DNA from: a virus
Direction: 5' to 3' (one strand)
Length of the DNA stretch: 64,000 bases
IMG/VR virus record: IMGVR_UViG_3300009503_000022
Span: 1 to 64,000 of that record
Positions 38,799 to 48,299 of the stretch are shown here, piece after piece. A model generated the notes under the pieces. That model searched no databases. It was not told the DNA's origin and worked only from the letters and a program-made list of their open reading frames with translations. A program made the position numbers and the translations under genes. Numbering within the stretch: position 1 is the stretch's first letter; every line of letters starts with the position of its first letter.

Positions 38799-40196
38799 TT
38801 AAAAATCTTCTACTTTCATTCGTGAAAACATTTGTTTAATCGGTATAATACTCTCTTCAGTATGTCTATGCTTAGTCAATTCTAATCTAATTCTTCCTAA
38901 AATTTTATCTTCTTCATTTACTTTAAAACCAATTAAATAATCAGCTTCTTCAGCTAACATTCTAGCATATTTAATATGCTCTGTTGTAATCTTTTCTCCA
39001 GGTTTTACAACACCTAATTGTGCCGCTGTTAATATTGTTATATTATAATTTCTAGCCAAACCTTTGAGTTGTCTAGCAATCATACCTAAATCTCGCCAAT
39101 AATCCTTTGTACGAAAATCAGGCTCCATTCTATTTAAATGATCAATTATAATTAAAGGACAATCGTGCTTCTTCAAAATATTCTTAATCTCCAATTCAAT
39201 TAACTTTACAGTACATCCTCTTGGAATATCATATATATAAAATTTTTCTTTTCTCATTTTAAATTTATTTTGTATTTCTTTATCTAATTCACAAATATCT
39301 ATTTTATTTATATCTATATCCTTAAACCATTTTTTAAATTTCTCTTTATCTTCTTTATCTATTAATCTTAAACATATTTTTTTATAATATTCTCTCTTTT
39401 CTTCATAAGTCAATAATTGATTTCTAATTTTATGATAATTAATACCCGTAACTAATGAATGATATCGTTCAATCTCTTGCTCATAAGACATCTCTAATAC
39501 AAACAATGCTACATTTATTTTAGAAATTTTATTCGCATTTTCTCCAAAATTTAATAAAAGAGCAGATTTTCCTTCACCAGTAACTGCACTTATAATTATC
39601 AATTCCCCTGGACGCCAACCACCTGTTAATTCATCTAATTTTTTTATACCTGTCAATATACCTTTAACAGAATTCGTTTTTTGATCATAATACTTTAATC
39701 TTTCTGCTAACATACTATTAATTTCGAATTTTCTAAAATTCTGAATCTCAATCATTTTTTTAGTTGAAAAAATAATATCTTCAATATTATCATACGCTTT
39801 ATGTATATCAGAAATATTTTTAACATTAGTATTTAATGTTATTATTAATCGACGACTTAAATATAAATATAATAATTTATCTAATATAAAATTAAATTCT
39901 TCAGGATTTATTTGCTTATTTTTCAATTGTTTAATAAATAACATTATATCTTGAAATTTAGATTGATCGTCAGAATAAATATCAGAAAAGATATTTTCGA
40001 GAATATTTAAAGTAGGAAATGTTAAATATCTACAATAATATTTTTTAATATGAGAAAATACCTCTTTACATTTTTCGTCAGAAAATACATTATCATCTAT
40101 TATTCTATCAATCGCTATTTTTATATATTTCTCATCATTAAGTATAAAAGATAACAAATCCTTTTCTAATGATAAATCACTTAATATTAGATCCAT
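38799..40196 (-). CDS. dnaB: replicative DnaB-like helicase
   Basis: TGIKKLDELTGG, TGEGKS, LEMS, IIDHL, AAQ, KHR. Confidence 0.9.
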   Translation of the reverse strand: MDLILSDLSLEKDLLSFILNDEKYIKIAIDRIIDDNVFSDEKCKEVFSHIKKYYCRYLTFPTLNILENIFSDIYSDDQSKFQDIMLFIKQLKNKQINPEEFNFILDKLLYLYLSRRLIITLNTNVKNISDIHKAYDNIEDIIFSTKKMIEIQNFRKFEINSMLAERLKYYDQKTNSVKGILTGIKKLDELTGGWRPGELIIISAVTGEGKSALLLNFGENANKISKINVALFVLEMSYEQEIERYHSLVTGINYHKIRNQLLTYEEKREYYKKICLRLIDKEDKEKFKKWFKDIDINKIDICELDKEIQNKFKMRKEKFYIYDIPRGCTVKLIELEIKNILKKHDCPLIIIDHLNRMEPDFRTKDYWRDLGMIARQLKGLARNYNITILTAAQLGVVKPGEKITTEHIKYARMLAEEADYLIGFKVNEEDKILGRIRLELTKHRHTEESIIPIKQMFSRMKVEDF

Positions 40197-40410
40197 CGAT
40201 AATCCCCAAATATTTATGATTTAAATACTTTGAATATATAATTTTTCTACATTCTCTACAACGAATAATATTTTTATCATCGCCTCTATTATAAGTATTA
40301 CTATATCTAATCTTCATACCTGGATAAGGTTTTTCCTTATAATAAAATGCTATCTTATTACAATATGGACATATTTGATAATATATTACTTTTTTATTTT
40401 TTTTAACCAA
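40177..40410 (-). CDS. small zinc-finger protein
   Basis: CPYC...CREC; TTG start with GAGGTG SD. Confidence 0.55.
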   Translation of the reverse strand: MVKKNKKVIYYQICPYCNKIAFYYKEKPYPGMKIRYSNTYNRGDDKNIIRCRECRKIIYSKYLNHKYLGIIDGSNIK

Positions 40411-40428
40411 AATATTTCACCTCTTTTA

Positions 40429-41424
40429 TTAATTATAAATTTCTTCCCAACCTTCTACTCTTTCGAGCATATTCAAAAATGTTTGATCCCAATGACCTTT
40501 ACCTGATATATCCATTTTATCTTGAATCCTCTTATCGTCAATTAAATATCTCATATAAATATTAATTTCAGGATCTAATGCCCAACGATTCATTTTTGGA
40601 TTCCACAACCCCAATTTATACAATTTATCAAAACACCATTTCAAATTACAATCATTTACTTGTTGCCATCCCCAATCTTTAGTTGTTTTAATTAATCTAT
40701 GTTCATTTCCTTTTATACTCTTAACTCTCGTTCCATTATTACCAATATAACCTCTTTCGTCTTTTGCATATTCAATCCCATTAACACCATACCAATTTAC
40801 TATCTTATTTTCGTTATTCTTAATCTCTTTATATCTTGTACCATCATTACATATATATCCATTCCTATCTTTTGCATAATTTTGATGAACTAAATCAGGA
40901 TTAAAATTACTTTCTACAGGTTGTTGAGCTAAACTTCTTAATGCACACTCTCTAATAGTTTTTCCATAAAATCTCAACTCACCCTTTTGCTTCAAAATTT
41001 CAGCACAACTAAAAGATAATCTTATAGCTAATTCAACATTAGCCTCGTCTTTATCGTTCATTTTCATTCCCCAAGCAGCATATCTACCTAAAATTCTATT
41101 TTTTAAATTCATAAAATAAACTCTTTTTTTATCTAATTTATTTTGTTCAATCTTAACTTTTAAATTTTCTAATTCTTTTTGAGCATTATCTAACGTTTCA
41201 TTTAAAACATTAATTTTATCTAATTCATAACTATATCTATTTTTTAAATTCTCTATATCATTTTTTATCTTAATAGAATATCTAATAATTATCATAGAAA
41301 TCAATATCGATATTGATATTATAATAATTACACGAGATTTTAATTTCAAAGAACCTCCTTTATTCTTTACTTTTAAGTAATTTATTCCAATTTTTACCTT
41401 GTTTTTCCCTAAAATCTTTACCAC
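40429..41424 (-). CDS. membrane-anchored coiled-coil protein with a lytic transglycosylase-like domain (true start probably ~41348)
   Basis: TM segment, coiled coil, VESNFNP and DWGWQQVN SLT-like motifs, LDPEINI. Confidence 0.6.
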   Translation of the reverse strand: MVKILGKNKVKIGINYLKVKNKGGSLKLKSRVIIIISISILISMIIIRYSIKIKNDIENLKNRYSYELDKINVLNETLDNAQKELENLKVKIEQNKLDKKRVYFMNLKNRILGRYAAWGMKMNDKDEANVELAIRLSFSCAEILKQKGELRFYGKTIRECALRSLAQQPVESNFNPDLVHQNYAKDRNGYICNDGTRYKEIKNNENKIVNWYGVNGIEYAKDERGYIGNNGTRVKSIKGNEHRLIKTTKDWGWQQVNDCNLKWCFDKLYKLGLWNPKMNRWALDPEINIYMRYLIDDKRIQDKMDISGKGHWDQTFLNMLERVEGWEEIYN

Positions 41425-42082
41425 TTATTGTAATAAATTTAAAATTACTTTTCATAAGCGATGATAAAGAACTACCATATTTATTTTCTAAATCTTTCTT
41501 AGTTAAATTTGTAGTTATTATAGAAGGTAAACAATTTCTTCTTCTATAGCGAAATAATAGACTCATTTCAGAAACACAAAATGCTCCAAAATCTTTTGGA
41601 GTATATTCTTCTGATAAATCATCTAAAGCTAAAAAATCAATATTTTTAATTTCATCATATAATTTTATAGCATCAGAATCTTCTTCAGAAAAAGGCTTTT
41701 TAATCAATTTTAATAATTCAGCTAACGTTATAAAATATATCGTATATTTTTTAGCTAAAGCAGCTTTAAGTATTAATATAGACGCTAATGTTTTACCAAC
41801 ACCATGCGAACCACTCAATCCTAAACTTAAACCATATTTAAAAGCATTATCTATATTTTTAATATAATCTTCAATTACTCCTTTAGCAATCTTATCGCCT
41901 TTAAAATCATCTAAAGTAGAATCCCAATATTCTTCTTCAATACCTCTAAAAAATAAAGTAATATAATATTCAAATTTTTTCATACATCTACATTTTTTAT
42001 TATTTACAATACCCTTACCTTTACAAATTTTACATCTATTTAACATATCTTTTTTTAATCTTTCAAATCTTTCAATTATCAT
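41360..42082 (-). CDS. DnaC/IstB-like helicase loader ATPase
   Basis: CKIC..CRC, GSHGVGKT, LALDDL, IITTN, GKDFR. Confidence 0.85.
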   Translation of the reverse strand: MIIERFERLKKDMLNRCKICKGKGIVNNKKCRCMKKFEYYITLFFRGIEEEYWDSTLDDFKGDKIAKGVIEDYIKNIDNAFKYGLSLGLSGSHGVGKTLASILILKAALAKKYTIYFITLAELLKLIKKPFSEEDSDAIKLYDEIKNIDFLALDDLSEEYTPKDFGAFCVSEMSLLFRYRRRNCLPSIITTNLTKKDLENKYGSSLSSLMKSNFKFITISGKDFREKQGKNWNKLLKSKE

Positions 42083-42966
42083 ATATTTTCATACCTCTTA
42101 TCAAATTTTTCTTCAAAATTTTTATAATCAGAATTAGTTAAACTATCTTTAGTTATATTTCTTTTTTCTAATTCTATTTCATAATTTTTCGCCCATTCTT
42201 CATTTTTGCTCCATTTTCCTTTAAGTTTACCAATTAAATAATACTTCAATTGTTCATCACTTAATTCTTCTGAATAATCTTCTTCTTTATATATTTTTTT
42301 ATCACGTCTTATATCTTTAAACATTTTATTTTGTATTATTATTTTATTTATTTTGCTTGGCAAAAATCTCAATAAATAACCAGATTCTTTTAAAAACTCA
42401 TCTTTCAATCTAAGAAAACCTTTAACAAAAAATTCTAAATCGTCCATATCATATTCTTTTACAGTACTTACATTTGCAAATATATCTTCTTTTTGTATTT
42501 TAGGTTTTCTTTTAAAAATCATTTCAAATTCATTAGCATATAATTCTATAAACTTTGTCATTTTAGCTTTTTCTCTTTTTGGTTTTTTATCTTCAATTTT
42601 TTTATCTTTTTCTTTTTTTTGATTTAATACAATAACATAAGAATCATCATTAACTTTCTTAATAAATTTATGTTTTTCTGCATCATCTAAAATTTCCTGA
42701 GCATAATCAGAAGGTATATTTAATAATTCAGCAATAGAATCTATAGAAATTTTTTCGTCTTTTTTCTTAAATTTACTAAGTTTATCAATCGCTAAAATAA
42801 GAGCTTTTAATCTTCTATTTTCTCTATTATTAACATCAATAATATTTGGAGATACATTAAATCTTTTAGTATATCGTTCTGCTTTTTTTATAAACGATTT
42901 TGGTATAACAATATATCCTCTATCGTATGGATATTCAAAAGTAAACTTAAATTCTTTAACTTTCAT
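42079..42966 (-). CDS. putative replication initiator (wHTH)
   Basis: HTH-like SIDSIAELLNIP; directly upstream of the DnaC-like gene. Confidence 0.45.
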   Translation of the reverse strand: MKVKEFKFTFEYPYDRGYIVIPKSFIKKAERYTKRFNVSPNIIDVNNRENRRLKALILAIDKLSKFKKKDEKISIDSIAELLNIPSDYAQEILDDAEKHKFIKKVNDDSYVIVLNQKKEKDKKIEDKKPKREKAKMTKFIELYANEFEMIFKRKPKIQKEDIFANVSTVKEYDMDDLEFFVKGFLRLKDEFLKESGYLLRFLPSKINKIIIQNKMFKDIRRDKKIYKEEDYSEELSDEQLKYYLIGKLKGKWSKNEEWAKNYEIELEKRNITKDSLTNSDYKNFEEKFDKRYENI

Positions 42967-42967
42967 A

Positions 42968-43285
42968 TTATTCTATTCCTTCATTTTTTATTATATTGTC
43001 TGATTCTTCAGAATATAATTCTTTATTGTTTTTTATCGCATCAATATATGCTTTAGATTCTAAATCATAATGATAATGTCTAGTAGACTTATCCAAAATT
43101 ATAGTTAACATCTCTAAAGGTATTTGCTTAGTTTTATCTTCAACATAATAATATTTTTTTAATAATCTTCTAGCAATTGATATATTCTTTTTTTCTGTTT
43201 GTTTTCTTACCTCCTCTACCTCTTCATCATTAAATTCTACTTTTACTATTCTATCTCCTACTTTAAATTCTATTATTTCAGACAT
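42968..43285 (-). CDS. hypothetical protein
   Basis: ORF with AAGGAGG SD. Confidence 0.6.
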   Translation of the reverse strand: MSEIIEFKVGDRIVKVEFNDEEVEEVRKQTEKKNISIARRLLKKYYYVEDKTKQIPLEMLTIILDKSTRHYHYDLESKAYIDAIKNNKELYSEESDNIIKNEGIE

Positions 43286-43315
43286 ATAAACCTCCTTAAA
43301 TTCTAACTCATTTTA

Positions 43316-43350
43316 TAATTATATCAATTTTATTAAAAACATTTAACATC
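43316..43350 (-). promoter_or_regulatory. class B promoter-like motif
   Basis: GATGTTAA-N19-TATAATTA. Confidence 0.6.
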
Positions 43351-44721
43351 TATTATATTATCAAATCCAAGTTTTTTATAATATTTTCTTCTATTTTTTT
43401 TCATATTTAATAACATTTCATTTCCTTCATCTACATAATCTTTAACTATAGGTTCTTTCTTCCCCTCGACAATTCTCCTAATTCTACCTATTCTTTGTTT
43501 AGTTAATTCAAAATTATTAGATGGAGTAACTAAATGAAGTGAAGAAAGAATAGGTATATTAGCTCCTTCACTTATTAAATTAGATGTTGCAATTAAAACT
43601 TTAATAATCTTAGAATTTATCTTATCAACAATTTTCTTTCTATCATCATATTTAACATCACTCGTCATAACCACACTATTTATTCCTTTTTGTTTTAACA
43701 TTTCATCTAATATATAACAATGCGCTTTACGATCACTTAAAACTAATACAGAATGATCGTTATTCACATCTTTTATTACTTCAGAAACAATTAATTCGTT
43801 TCTTTTTTTATTTTTTATCAATTTATCTAATATAAAATGCCAATCATTATTTTTAATTTTAAAATAATTACAATTCAAAAAATAAATTATAACAAATAAC
43901 GAACGTTTTATTTCTTTCATATCTTCTTCAGTTATTTCAACTTTTCTATGACTAATACAATCGTACATCAAAAATTGTTTTCCATCCTTTCTAGTCTTAG
44001 AAGCAGTTTCTCCATATCTATATTTTGCTTTAAATCTATTTATAACATTAAAAAACATAGAAGAAGGTACATGTTGACATTCTGAAACTATAACACAACC
44101 AAAATTATTATTTATTTTTTCCCATTCCAATTTTTTAAACCTCATTAACGTCTGAATCATTGCTACTGTTATCGGTTGTATATTTCTCTTCCCAAATCCA
44201 ATAATACCTATCTTCTGTTTATTCAAACTATTAGACAATTCGGAATACCAAGCTTTAAAAATCTCAGAAGTATGAACTATAATTATAGTTTTTTGTTTCA
44301 ATAATGACATCAAATAAATCATTGTTCTTGTTTTACCAGCGGCAGGAGGAGCTATAAACAATTGCTGAGAATATAAAGCTAATTCTAAAGCGGACTTTTT
44401 TTGTAAATCATAAAGACTTGAAGTAAAAATTATATTATCATAAGGACATACAACTCTATTATCAACTATACGATATTTAATATTATAAGAATCTAATATT
44501 TCTTTTAATATAGTTATACATCCTCTTGAAAGTATTAAATAATCAGAAATAATATTATACGTTTTAATATATCGCTTTTCGTTAGTATTAAATCCCATTC
44601 TTATAACTTTCCAATATTGAGGATTTGCATAAGTAAATTTATTCTCAATTATAGCTAAAAGTTTGGGTTTAATATCTTGTAACTTAATTCTTATAACATT
44701 ATCGACATATATTTTTATCAT
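43333..44721 (-). CDS. superfamily 2 helicase (UvsW/XPB-like)
   Basis: PPAAGKT, IVSECQH (atypical motif II), ETAS, EGANIP, QRIGRIRR. Confidence 0.85.
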   Translation of the reverse strand: MIKIYVDNVIRIKLQDIKPKLLAIIENKFTYANPQYWKVIRMGFNTNEKRYIKTYNIISDYLILSRGCITILKEILDSYNIKYRIVDNRVVCPYDNIIFTSSLYDLQKKSALELALYSQQLFIAPPAAGKTRTMIYLMSLLKQKTIIIVHTSEIFKAWYSELSNSLNKQKIGIIGFGKRNIQPITVAMIQTLMRFKKLEWEKINNNFGCVIVSECQHVPSSMFFNVINRFKAKYRYGETASKTRKDGKQFLMYDCISHRKVEITEEDMKEIKRSLFVIIYFLNCNYFKIKNNDWHFILDKLIKNKKRNELIVSEVIKDVNNDHSVLVLSDRKAHCYILDEMLKQKGINSVVMTSDVKYDDRKKIVDKINSKIIKVLIATSNLISEGANIPILSSLHLVTPSNNFELTKQRIGRIRRIVEGKKEPIVKDYVDEGNEMLLNMKKNRRKYYKKLGFDNIIDVKCF

Positions 44722-45568
44722 ATTTATCTAAACTATCAAAAACGTTCATTATATAATTTATATTCTCTAAAAATGATTTAAATTTCAATTTTTCGAAAAA
44801 CTTTACTAAATTATTTAAATCAAAATTATATTTTAATTCTTTATAATCATCTATTTCTATAATATGACTAATTAATCTTTTATTTTGTAATAATTTATCT
44901 TTATACTGCCTACATAAACTATCTTTTTCTATAACATTTTCTAAACTTCCATATTTTTGTATCAATTTACAAGCAGTTTTTATTCCAATTCTATCTATAC
45001 CTATTACATTATCTCCTTTATCGCCACAAATAGAATATACATCAACTAACTTAATAGGTTCAACTCCAAATTTATTTAAAATATCCTTTATAGTTAATAT
45101 TATATTATTTTTCATATCCTTAAGTAAACAAATTTTTTCATTAATCAATTGATAATAGTCATGATCAGAAGCATAAATCATTATATCTTCATCGTTATGT
45201 AATTTAATATATTTTGCTATAAGATCATCGGCTTCTATTTTATTTCCATACAATATAGTAACAGGTAAATATTTTAACATTTCTTTAACAATATCAAACG
45301 ATTCATATACCTCCTTAGACTTCTTTTCCCTATTAGTTTTATATATTTTAGAAATTTCTCTTTTTTTCTTACATCCAGTATCAAAAGCTATCACTATCTT
45401 ATTTATAGGATATTTTCTTAACAAAAATAATAAATCCCTAAAAAATCCAAATGCAGTTCCAACAACTTTTCCATTAACGACAAATTTTGTAAATGTATAA
45501 TATGATTTATAACATTCATACTGACCATCCATCAATAATGTTTTTTTAGATGAAATAGCAATTTTCAT
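44699..45568 (-). CDS. 5'-3' exonuclease (PolI N-terminal/FEN family)
   Basis: LMDG, AFD, YKTNR, EADDLIA, SDHDYYQL, GDKGDNVIGI..IGIKTA. Confidence 0.9.
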   Translation of the reverse strand: MKIAISSKKTLLMDGQYECYKSYYTFTKFVVNGKVVGTAFGFFRDLLFLLRKYPINKIVIAFDTGCKKKREISKIYKTNREKKSKEVYESFDIVKEMLKYLPVTILYGNKIEADDLIAKYIKLHNDEDIMIYASDHDYYQLINEKICLLKDMKNNIILTIKDILNKFGVEPIKLVDVYSICGDKGDNVIGIDRIGIKTACKLIQKYGSLENVIEKDSLCRQYKDKLLQNKRLISHIIEIDDYKELKYNFDLNNLVKFFEKLKFKSFLENINYIMNVFDSLDKYDKNICR

Positions 45569-46092
45569 AATTTACTCCAATTCTCACTTTCTTCTTGACG
45601 AATAGCTAACATATCAGCAGCGTGAAGCAATATTGCATATCTATTCGGTTTAATCCAATCTCTTTTTAACGACCAACCACCATGATGATAAACAATCGCA
45701 TTTAATTCATCATCAGATAAAGTTATTCCTATAGATGATAATAATTGCAAAGTAAAAAACACATGATCAATATCGCTAGCATATTCTATTTTATCGCATC
45801 TTGTTCTTATATCTTTAGATATTCTATACACTTTTATTTTACCTAAATCGTGAATAAATGCTAAATACAACATCTCATCTAATTCATCATCTTTACATAA
45901 TTCATAACAATATTTCATCACATTATAAGTATGAACTGCTAATCCACCAATATAATTACAATGATTATTTCTAGCAGCAGGAGACATAGAAAAACCAATC
46001 TTAAATTTATCAAAAATCTTTTTAGTTTTTTCTAATATCTCTTTATCCTTTATTTTATTAATAGCATTTTCTAACTTATTTATCTCGTTCAT
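45565..46092 (-). CDS. HD-domain hydrolase (YhaM-like)
   Basis: SPAA..NH...GGLAVH, HDLGK, HHGG, LHAAD. Confidence 0.85.
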   Translation of the reverse strand: MNEINKLENAINKIKDKEILEKTKKIFDKFKIGFSMSPAARNNHCNYIGGLAVHTYNVMKYCYELCKDDELDEMLYLAFIHDLGKIKVYRISKDIRTRCDKIEYASDIDHVFFTLQLLSSIGITLSDDELNAIVYHHGGWSLKRDWIKPNRYAILLHAADMLAIRQEESENWSKL

Positions 46093-46295
46093 ATTTCTTC
46101 TGTAAAATAAATTTTACGAATAAACGTTTAGTAATAATATTTTAATATAATTTATCAATTTCTTTTAGTCTTCGCATCTGCTCGAATCTGAAATCGACTA
46201 CTATATCAACTGCATAATAACTTAATATCGTATCCCTATATTTTATATTATATTCAAAATTTTTAAATTATTTAACTTAAATTCTCTAAAATTTA

Positions 46296-46342
46296 GTGAA
46301 CTACCTCTGTCTTTAGGCAGAGGCCTTCTTAGCATAAGAAGG
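46296..46342 (-). mobile_element. IS200/IS605-family right-end-like hairpin remnant
   Basis: Minus strand GAAGGCCTCTGCCTAAAGACAGAGGTAGTTCAC (hairpin + TCAC); no tnpA/tnpB adjacent. Confidence 0.5.
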
Positions 46343-46525
46343 ATAAAAAATTATATTCTCCGATTTTACAATTTTTCCACCACATCTAATTACATTACCA
46401 TCTTTATCAACAACTAATTTTTTAATTCTAAAATTTATTCTATTTTTCGTAACATATAATTTCAAATCTTGAATAAAATTAACAAGCTCTTCATCACAAT
46501 AAACTTGTATTTTCAGGATTACCAT
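46313..46525 (-). CDS. hypothetical protein
   Basis: ORF. Confidence 0.45.
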   Translation of the reverse strand: MVILKIQVYCDEELVNFIQDLKLYVTKNRINFRIKKLVVDKDGNVIRCGGKIVKSENIIFYPSYAKKASA

Positions 46526-46609
46526 CTATTTCTATTTTCCAAATACTCATATTTACTCCTTTTAATAACAAAAAAAAGTAGAAAATTAATGGTCGCATCA
46601 ATTTTCGGC

Positions 46610-46722
46610 TCTTTTTTCTCTTTCTGCTCTTTTAAATAGTTATCTTCTCTCTACTCTTTTTAATAATAATTATTTTTTCTCTATTCTTTTAATAATTATC
46701 TTCTCTCTCTACTAAATTATCT
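46610..46722. repeat. short direct repeats (TTATCTTCTCTCTACT / CTTTTTAATAAT), iteron-like
   Basis: Three to four imperfect ~30-bp units followed by a (TA)-rich tract. Confidence 0.6.
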
Positions 46723-46781
46723 ATTAGATCATGTACTTATCTTATTAGTATAATATAAATATATATATAATATATATAACG

Positions 46782-47203
46782 GAAGAGACGAAATCTGCGT
46801 TTTTAGCGCAACGTATTTTTTTTAAATATTCAATAACTGCATAAAAGAACTTGAATAATACGAAAAGTGAGATCTTCATTTCTCAAATTTAAGATCTGCG
46901 TTTCTAATATAACGTATTTTTTTTAAATATTCAATAACTGCATAAAAGAACTTGAATAATACGAAAAGTGAGATCTTCATTTCTCAAATTTAAGATCTGC
47001 GTTTTTTGTTACTCGCGTTGCTTCTAAAAGTTAACTGCTGTATAAAGAATTTTTATAATTTAAAAGATGTGATTTTCATTTTTCGAAGACGAGACTTGTA
47101 TTTTTATTGATCAACACTACGTTTAAATGTTAATAACTGTATAAATAATTCACATAATTAAAAAAATGTAATTTTTACTTTTTAAAAGATAAAATTCACT
47201 TTT
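46782..47203. repeat. ~101-bp tandem repeat array (2 identical copies, 2 degenerate copies, 1 partial)
   Basis: 46810-46903 is identical to 46911-47004; diverged copies at ~47012-47105 and ~47113-47203. Confidence 0.9.
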
Positions 47204-47951
47204 ATTCATTTGTACTACCTTTAATATCGACTATTGTATAAAGAAATTTAGATTCATATATAACTTTAGGCGTAACCCTATCACTATCTACATTAATTGC
47301 GAATTTTCTACCAACAACAGATACACATTGATCTACAAGAGAAGAACAATTCAAAGCATTTTCTTTACCTCTATAAACTTTAAATCTATCTGCTATTTGC
47401 AATCCTTTATTTCTACCAAAAATTAAACATAACAAATACATTATTGCTAATCCAATAAATTGCTTATAATCATATTTTTGTCCAACTAATTTATAAGCTG
47501 CTTTTTGAATTTTCATTTTTTCAGAAGAACTTAATGGAACTTTAAATCTACGAATTACAATTCTATTCTCTTCATCAAAATATTTTCTTATATCTTGTTT
47601 TTTAATACCATCAGCTAAAGCTTCTACTATTTCTCCTTCTTTACTAGTAACTATAAAACAATGAGCAACTTTACTTTTATCTCCTACCATACTTTCAAAA
47701 AATTCTATTCCATCTGAAAACAAACCTGTACCATCAATTAAACCAACGTCACCAATATCTAAATCTTTAAAAATAATATTCCAATTAGTTCTTTTTTTAA
47801 ATAACCATTTTAATAAAAATATATATTTAATTTTACTCCATAATTTATCTAACAAATCAAAAAATTTTTCTATTATCATTTTACCTCCTACGAGTCTTCT
47901 TTTTATAATTATGATTATTTTCTCTCTTATAATTATTTTCATTAAAACCAT
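47202..47951 (-). CDS. permuted papain-like (NlpC/P60, YiiX/YebB-type) enzyme (likely start MIIEK at 47879)
   Basis: GDVGL, AHCFI, VEA, GQKYDY, NCSSLV, VTP. Confidence 0.75.
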   Translation of the reverse strand: MVLMKIIIREKIIIIIKRRLVGGKMIIEKFFDLLDKLWSKIKYIFLLKWLFKKRTNWNIIFKDLDIGDVGLIDGTGLFSDGIEFFESMVGDKSKVAHCFIVTSKEGEIVEALADGIKKQDIRKYFDEENRIVIRRFKVPLSSSEKMKIQKAAYKLVGQKYDYKQFIGLAIMYLLCLIFGRNKGLQIADRFKVYRGKENALNCSSLVDQCVSVVGRKFAINVDSDRVTPKVIYESKFLYTIVDIKGSTNE

Positions 47952-48096
47952 TATTTTTAACTATAACAAGTAACGAATCTGCTTGTCTTTTAAATTCATA
48001 TAAAACATTATTGTTTTTATGTCTAAAACGATCTTCTAAAAACAATACTAATAAAAGTATTATTGTTAAAATCAAAATTCCTATAATAGATATCAT
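47881..48096 (-). CDS. small membrane protein
   Basis: N-terminal TM helix, basic tail. Confidence 0.55.
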   Translation of the reverse strand: MISIIGILILTIILLLVLFLEDRFRHKNNNVLYEFKRQADSLLVIVKNNGFNENNYKRENNHNYKKKTRRR

Positions 48097-48269
48097 TTTT
48101 TACCCCTACCATTTCTTTCTAATATAATTTTAATAGTTGTTAAAGTAGTATTAACTTCACTTAAAACATTTGTCATTTCTTTTAAACGTCTTTCATATCT
48201 CCATAATAAAAAAATAGCTACTGCTATTGGAAAACCTACTTGCTGTATTAAAGTAGTTAAATCTGACAT
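48093..48269 (-). CDS. 58-aa YvrJ/BhlA-like holin candidate (missed by the track)
   Basis: MSDLTTLIQQVGFPIAVAIFLLWRYERRL...; ATGA overlap with the next gene. Confidence 0.65.
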   Translation of the reverse strand: MSDLTTLIQQVGFPIAVAIFLLWRYERRLKEMTNVLSEVNTTLTTIKIILERNGRGKK

Positions 48270-48299
48270 ATTATTTACGCCTCTCTTTCAAATAAATTT

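Noticed and set aside
46782-47203. CRISPR array
   Set aside because: The repeat is 94 bp with only ~7 variable nt, there are no spacer-sized unique segments, and no cas genes are present
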